From a virus, in the IMG/VR virus record IMGVR_UViG_3300036760_000689, positions 1 through 64,000 of that record: 64,000 nucleotides of DNA, one strand, 5' to 3'. This document shows positions 60,001-64,000 of the stretch, in pieces. The notes under the pieces are model-generated. The model was not told the origin of the DNA, did not search any database, and worked only from the letters and a program-made list of their open reading frames with translations. The first letter of the stretch is position 1; each line of letters begins with the position of its first letter. The translations under genes were made by a program, and so were the position numbers.

Positions 60001-63000
60001 CTTCCTTTGATTTGGTGCGCCTTCATCGCTCCAGGAGGTTTGGATGTTTTCGATTTCAGGTGGTTCGGGAATGACCTTGAAATCGTGACTCCATATCTTT
60101 ACGAGGGCATCACCAGAGGGGATAAACTTGAGGCGTATCAGTCTGCCACGGAGATCAGGATCCATCGCCCGGAATATCTGGTGGCGACCATTGGCGACGA
60201 TATCCGTGAATGTTTGCGCTATTTGGCCATCCACCTGAACTTCGAGGGACGCCAGCGTTTTTCCGAATGTGTCCAACTCCAACCATAATTCGCGAAGGAA
60301 TTTGGAACCAGGATTGCCGTAGTCACTCCAGTCTGTGACGAAAGTTCTGTGGGCTTGAGGCTCAAGTAGGATCCGATGGGCGATCTTATAAAGTCGAGTC
60401 GCTGCTATCGAGGAAGCAGATGTGGTTGCAATGATTCGGATCTGGCAACGAACAGCCAGTTTGCTTTCGCCTTCTCCGCGCAGGACTGGCAGAATGACTC
60501 GCTCGCGACCTGCCGTTTGCACCACGCCAATGGGATCATACATGGCATCATCAAATGCGGCTTCAAACAAAACAGGAACGCCTTGCGTATCAACATCGAG
60601 AACAAAATCGATGAATCGCTTTTCCTGATCCGGGGCACCAAGGTCATAGTCCTTGGTATCCACAGCCCAGTAGATCCCCAGATAACCTTCCTGGCAGTGA
60701 TCGGCATAACCCATCTCTAATTGCATTGGCCATGCGCCACTGTAACGATAATCGGTTGGATCTTCGCTTGGTTCGATCGCATCATCCGATGAGACTATCG
60801 TGCCTCCAATCAGGATGTTGTTCTCAGGTTCGGTGAAGTAGCAGTACGCTCCATATAGATAGTAATGCCACCGTTCATAGATCGTGTCCCAGACGAGTAT
60901 ACGATTATTCTTGATCTCGATGTTCTGGTTGGCAGGATAGGAGAAGTAGACCTTTGAATCCCAGAAACCCATGCAACATTCTGTTTCCCTGCCGATCGAT
61001 ATCGGATCAATGTCATTCAATCGTTGGCCAAAAAATACTTGATTGATCGGTTCGGAGATTTTTCGCCCAGATGGAAATTCATAAACCCCATCGTAGGCAT
61101 GCATATAAAGAGATCGCAGGCCGCGAATGATCCCGAATTTGCTCTTCAGACCCTGGTTTACCGGGGTCGTAACCGCACGATAAGCGCCTCCGCTCCCAAT
61201 GACCCGATAAACCCTTGTAAGAGTAAAGACGAAGAGTTCGGCGTCATTTTCCATAACGCGTTGGATCTGTTCGGAGCCGGTACCTACATAGATATAGTTC
61301 CCAGCCGGAAAATGTTCAACTCGCACGGCTTTGGAAAATCGCAAGCGATTAGGTGGCTCAGGGATCAGCAGTCCGTCGTCACTGGTATAATAACCGCCCC
61401 AGGTCCACAAACGATCATCGTATAGCTCAATGCCCGATACCGCATTCATCGGTAGTTGATTATCTACTTCCAATGGTTGGCCAAGAAGTGCATCTGCTTG
61501 ATCGTCCGTAACGACAGGAGATGTTCCTGCCACATAGGGAATCTCGATATCTACCAACTGAAATTGGGTGACCGTTCCCCCCATGCGATAAAGACGGACG
61601 AAATCTGGATTGGCCTTGGGAGGTGTGGTTGATGGTAACGTCGGAATCGTGAGTGTATAGGAATCATACTGCGCACCAGGTGCGGGAACCGCGACCGCTG
61701 GGGAATAATCACTCTCCGTATTTGTTTTGGAATTATAGAAGGTATAGGCCCACTGATAATCCCAACCGAATAATTGTCCCGTGGTCAGCAGAACACAGTT
61801 GTCAAATTCCAGATTCAGGGTCTTGCCTCCCTTGGCGACGGCGATCATAGAACAATCAATTCGGATTGCGGTTACAGTCGTCCAGTTTAGATCAGGGGCT
61901 GTGAGGGCATCCCTGCCGACCCTCTTGAATTCCTCTTGATTTATCCGTTGCCTTATCCAGACACCGGCACTGGGTGGCAAAACCGTCGGTTCTCCAGTGT
62001 TATCTCTCGGATCACCGAATGTCGGATTTTCTGGATCCCACACCAACCCATATTTGTTGGCAAGCAATCCGCGAATATAGATTGGGTCCAACGTTGGAAG
62101 ATCAGAAGGATAAGCATCTAAGAATCCGTTGTTTCTTAGATATGTCAGCAGTTCGGCCCCCTGGTCACGGTCATATAGGACCTTGCCGAAAATGATATCC
62201 AAAACGCTTTCTGGCGTCGAACCAGTATATGTGATCGTTCTGCCACCCGATCCTCCGATGGTAGCAGCTTGAAATGATGAAGGCACGAAAGCCCGTTCAT
62301 AACGGGTTTGGAAGGTTATATCGCCAGCAATGTGGGACAATCCAAATGAGATTACAAATTGCGAAAGATTCAGAGACGCTTCCTCGTCAGTGAACTTAAC
62401 CCACAATTCAATGGTTTTGTCTGCAGTAATGCCGAGATTGGCCACTACAGGATATCCGCCAACAGTGATGGCTTTCTTTATGCTCCCCGTAGCCCCGTCC
62501 CCAGTTGTGATCACCTTGAGGGCATTTGTGGAAATTATCTCTGTTGGCGGGGTGGAAGCGGCAACTGTGGCATTATCCAGAGTCCATGATCCTGCGGTTT
62601 CGAAATCTTCGATATTTTGGGTGACCTCGCCAGTGTTTGCGCTGACAGTCATTTCGTGCGTGGGTCTTGGAATGCCAATCCTTGTCGCCGAAGTTGCGCC
62701 GCCCGAATGTTTGATGAACGCGGTACCATCCGTCATGAAACTATATGGTTTAATTTCTCTCCCGATCAACGTATAAGATGCAAACAAAGCACGAGGATCG
62801 GGTTCCGCTGAAAGATTGCTGCCTCCGATAACGGCCTGAAAGTGAGTGTGCTGATTGAGGGGCCAGATCAAATCGCTCTCTGGATCTTCCACGGGGGCCA
62901 CGTAAAGTTTTCCGCCAGCGATGCAATATCTCCACTGGTATCCATTCATGTCCTTGAGATAGAAAATTGAATAGGGGGCTGACGGCAAACCATCATTCAA

Positions 63001-63162
63001 TCGATCGAATCCCTTCCTGACTGAGATTGAATTTTCTCGGTCTGTAATGACATTGATCAGGGCCTTATAGCCAGTGATTGGCAGTTCATCTGGGACAGTC
63101 CTCAATACTATTCCGGTATTAGCGAACGTGATGGCCACACTACGAATGTCTTGTGTGCTCAT
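57046..63162 (-). CDS. Large tail (nozzle/stabilisation-like) protein with C-terminal tandem domain repeats
   Basis: Beta-rich; propeller-like core (RLWTWG, NRLRFS, LFVFT); ~197-aa repeats. Confidence 0.7.
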   Translation of the reverse strand: MSTQDIRSVAITFANTGIVLRTVPDELPITGYKALINVITDRENSISVRKGFDRLNDGLPSAPYSIFYLKDMNGYQWRYCIAGGKLYVAPVEDPESDLIWPLNQHTHFQAVIGGSNLSAEPDPRALFASYTLIGREIKPYSFMTDGTAFIKHSGGATSATRIGIPRPTHEMTVSANTGEVTQNIEDFETAGSWTLDNATVAASTPPTEIISTNALKVITTGDGATGSIKKAITVGGYPVVANLGITADKTIELWVKFTDEEASLNLSQFVISFGLSHIAGDITFQTRYERAFVPSSFQAATIGGSGGRTITYTGSTPESVLDIIFGKVLYDRDQGAELLTYLRNNGFLDAYPSDLPTLDPIYIRGLLANKYGLVWDPENPTFGDPRDNTGEPTVLPPSAGVWIRQRINQEEFKRVGRDALTAPDLNWTTVTAIRIDCSMIAVAKGGKTLNLEFDNCVLLTTGQLFGWDYQWAYTFYNSKTNTESDYSPAVAVPAPGAQYDSYTLTIPTLPSTTPPKANPDFVRLYRMGGTVTQFQLVDIEIPYVAGTSPVVTDDQADALLGQPLEVDNQLPMNAVSGIELYDDRLWTWGGYYTSDDGLLIPEPPNRLRFSKAVRVEHFPAGNYIYVGTGSEQIQRVMENDAELFVFTLTRVYRVIGSGGAYRAVTTPVNQGLKSKFGIIRGLRSLYMHAYDGVYEFPSGRKISEPINQVFFGQRLNDIDPISIGRETECCMGFWDSKVYFSYPANQNIEIKNNRILVWDTIYERWHYYLYGAYCYFTEPENNILIGGTIVSSDDAIEPSEDPTDYRYSGAWPMQLEMGYADHCQEGYLGIYWAVDTKDYDLGAPDQEKRFIDFVLDVDTQGVPVLFEAAFDDAMYDPIGVVQTAGRERVILPVLRGEGESKLAVRCQIRIIATTSASSIAATRLYKIAHRILLEPQAHRTFVTDWSDYGNPGSKFLRELWLELDTFGKTLASLEVQVDGQIAQTFTDIVANGRHQIFRAMDPDLRGRLIRLKFIPSGDALVKIWSHDFKVIPEPPEIENIQTSWSDEGAPNQRKRYRKMIVEADNVGPSGLTVDAQVDNASVSITSTGINVSEHGRTEYVFSFEPDTVGILWRALITVNDPGSTFRFYRAWVEALPEPLQEWRYESPWANNGTDQEKRLRDLVIEADTVGDDVVVTPWVDGAALPDAYTVNTKVRSRVCFSLPVDTIGKITRITAIGDHRFTIYGHDIIHFDDSIQDTIIETPWNDQGAPNQKKRFRNLIVEVNNLGPGGITVNAQIDNASMTTTPTRITALGRSEYTFSFEPDSVGILWRVILTSDSGSVMRFWRAWVEAIPEPFEQRRFESPWTNNGTDNEKRLRDLVIEADTRSHNVTITVWVDGSALPDTFLLNTPDRQKVVFSLPVDLIGKITRITATSGYWFTIYVHEFAHFADAIENTIIEMPWSDEGAPNQKKRFRKLMVEVNNLGPGAVTVEAQIDNATVLTTPDTITALGRSEYVFSFDPDTVGILWRVILRSEPGSQMRFWRAWVEAIPEPFHEWRYESPWANNGTDQEKRLRDLIIEADTTGDDVIVTAWVDGAALPDTFILNTPYRERVVYSLPVDLIGKITRITAVANQRFTIYGSDFAHFDDSIENTVIETPWSNEGAPNQRKRFRKLLVEVNNLGPGGIIIDTQVDNRSVTTIPTYISDLGRDQYSFSFEPDTVGILWRVILRSETGSQMRFWKAWVEAIPEPFQEYRHESPWTDQGISNQKRLRDVILEGDTGGHNVTITVWVDGYSLPDTFTLATSARSRVVFSLPIDTIGKIMRITATSGFPFTIYEHEFKYFEDSIEETIIEMPWVIEEWPYKKLWKEVVVQADTGGQPATLTFWLDGVVTAQTFTFSHAGRLLSTFSLAKDTIGKLARVTFSAKIMRNYSVNYVIDKLPPDVTLADTWTQIFNYDRYKILRRLWLSMTNPNADVNFEIWIDNILRHSGNILANPSPDPSFSKRKIDLTSAKKGKLFRLIFSSTSAFGIFWDKSEIELKDLNMEDGYRREKMAPPQTY
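57400..60050 (-). repeat. About 4.5 tandem ~591-bp coding repeats
   Basis: W.DEGAPNQ.KR...EP..E.R.ESPW.NNGTD.EKRLRD recurs at ~60036, 59440, 58848, 58257 and (diverged) 57667. Confidence 0.85.
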
Positions 63163-63740
63163 ATGTTAGTCTCTTTGGGCCGCCGCCATCGTTCGGCGAT
63201 CATCTGGCGACAGTGTTCAATGTTTTCCGGCCTTTTGGATCGTATTGACTGTTCTCGCTTCCAGTCCTCGGTGTGTTTTGGATGTGATTTCCCAAGATTG
63301 GACATCCGTATCTCTTCGATTACTTTCGATGAATGCTTATATCCTTTCCTCATTCTCGCTGCTTTCGATGCGATGCTACTTCTCAGATCTGGAGACATAC
63401 GACATTTTGCCGCTCGTAATTTGGCGCGATGATCATCGCTGAATCGATGTCCAGTCGTCCCCTCGCCTCCGTTGGTTGCGTTTACGAGATTGACCCCAGA
63501 TTGTCTGAAGCCCAGGATCCATGCCTGTTCGGAATCGATGCGGCACCTATCGGCAATGACATCAAGAATTTCAATGAGCGGTTTCAGACCCCGCCGATAC
63601 ACCGATTGGATCCAGTTACACCGATGATTGTCTCTCTTGTCATTCCGATGTTCCCTCAGACGTTTGGCAACCGATCCGGTCACACCGACATAGCGCGCCT
63701 CTCTTGTAATAGGATCACGAAGAAGATAGACCGTTTGCAT
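63159..63740 (-). CDS. GIY-YIG homing endonuclease with NUMOD3 motifs
   Basis: VYLLRDP...YVGVT...RLREH, LVNATNGGEG, GYKHSSKVIEEI. Confidence 0.85.
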   Translation of the reverse strand: MQTVYLLRDPITREARYVGVTGSVAKRLREHRNDKRDNHRCNWIQSVYRRGLKPLIEILDVIADRCRIDSEQAWILGFRQSGVNLVNATNGGEGTTGHRFSDDHRAKLRAAKCRMSPDLRSSIASKAARMRKGYKHSSKVIEEIRMSNLGKSHPKHTEDWKREQSIRSKRPENIEHCRQMIAERWRRPKETNI

Positions 63741-63741
63741 T

Positions 63742-64000
63742 TTATCTTCCAGGCACCACGTTAGTTTCTGTCCCCATTGTCAGTCGTTTGGCCAAGGAAA
63801 CTCCCATCAAATATCTCTGGTGGGCATAATTACTCCGCGCGACATCTTGGTTGTCCCCATCCTTGCCCAAAGCCAGAGAAAGCACCTCCCATCGAATAAA
63901 TGGTTCCCAGACAACATCCACCGATGTCGTCGTCTCATGTGATTCCGAAACAAAGAATGGCAATGGCGCAACCCTGTCGGTATCGCCATAACGCATAGGA
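63742..64000 (-). CDS. 3' end of a structural (adaptor-like) gene, probably truncated by the window edge
   Basis: Open frame near the window end, upstream of the tail genes. Confidence 0.4.
   Translation of the reverse strand, partial: PMRYGDTDRVAPLPFFVSESHETTTSVDVVWEPFIRWEVLSLALGKDGDNQDVARSNYAHQRYLMGVSLAKRLTMGTETNVVPGR

Noticed and set aside
57400-60350. Diversity-generating retroelement or shufflon
   Set aside because: No reverse transcriptase in the window; the repeats are in-frame direct domain duplications with no evident adenine-specific variation or inversion sites.
1-64000. tRNA or rRNA genes
   Set aside because: No cloverleaf with a T-loop motif or rRNA-like stretch recognised by eye; a tRNAscan run would be needed to exclude them.

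Overview
A 64-kb segment of a large tailed dsDNA phage or prophage, probably podovirus-like: it has ejection/pilot proteins, and no tape measure is visible in this window. Left to right: (1) ~1.3-7.5 kb, small early genes on the + strand, many separated by a repeated two-hairpin element; (2) ~8.2-11.8 kb, a + strand cassette of a catalytic-domain-only tyrosine recombinase, a small membrane protein and a nuclease-less IS110/Nop-domain protein, the last flanked on both sides by degenerate 36-nt-period arrays with two alternating repeats and two variable segments per unit (~45 units). This is the TIGR-Tas (TasA-type) RNA-guided architecture and the top finding; (3) ~12-18.4 kb, a glycosyltransferase/methyltransferase island; (4) ~18.4-33.8 kb, a minus-strand replication/recombination operon (DNA MTase, RusA-like, DnaB, DnaC-like, initiator with iterons, SSB, intein-containing SbcC, SbcD, and an intein-containing annealase-like protein); (5) ~34 kb, a solitary type I-C CRISPR-like repeat overlapping the end of a small hydrophobic peptide gene; (6) lysis genes; (7) a 4529-aa DarB-like MTase/SF2 helicase/zincin polyvalent protein, ejection proteins and tail genes, interspersed with homing endonucleases. 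A palindrome TCCAAC(C)GTTGGA is scattered across the window. All calls come from motif recognition by eye; no searches were run.
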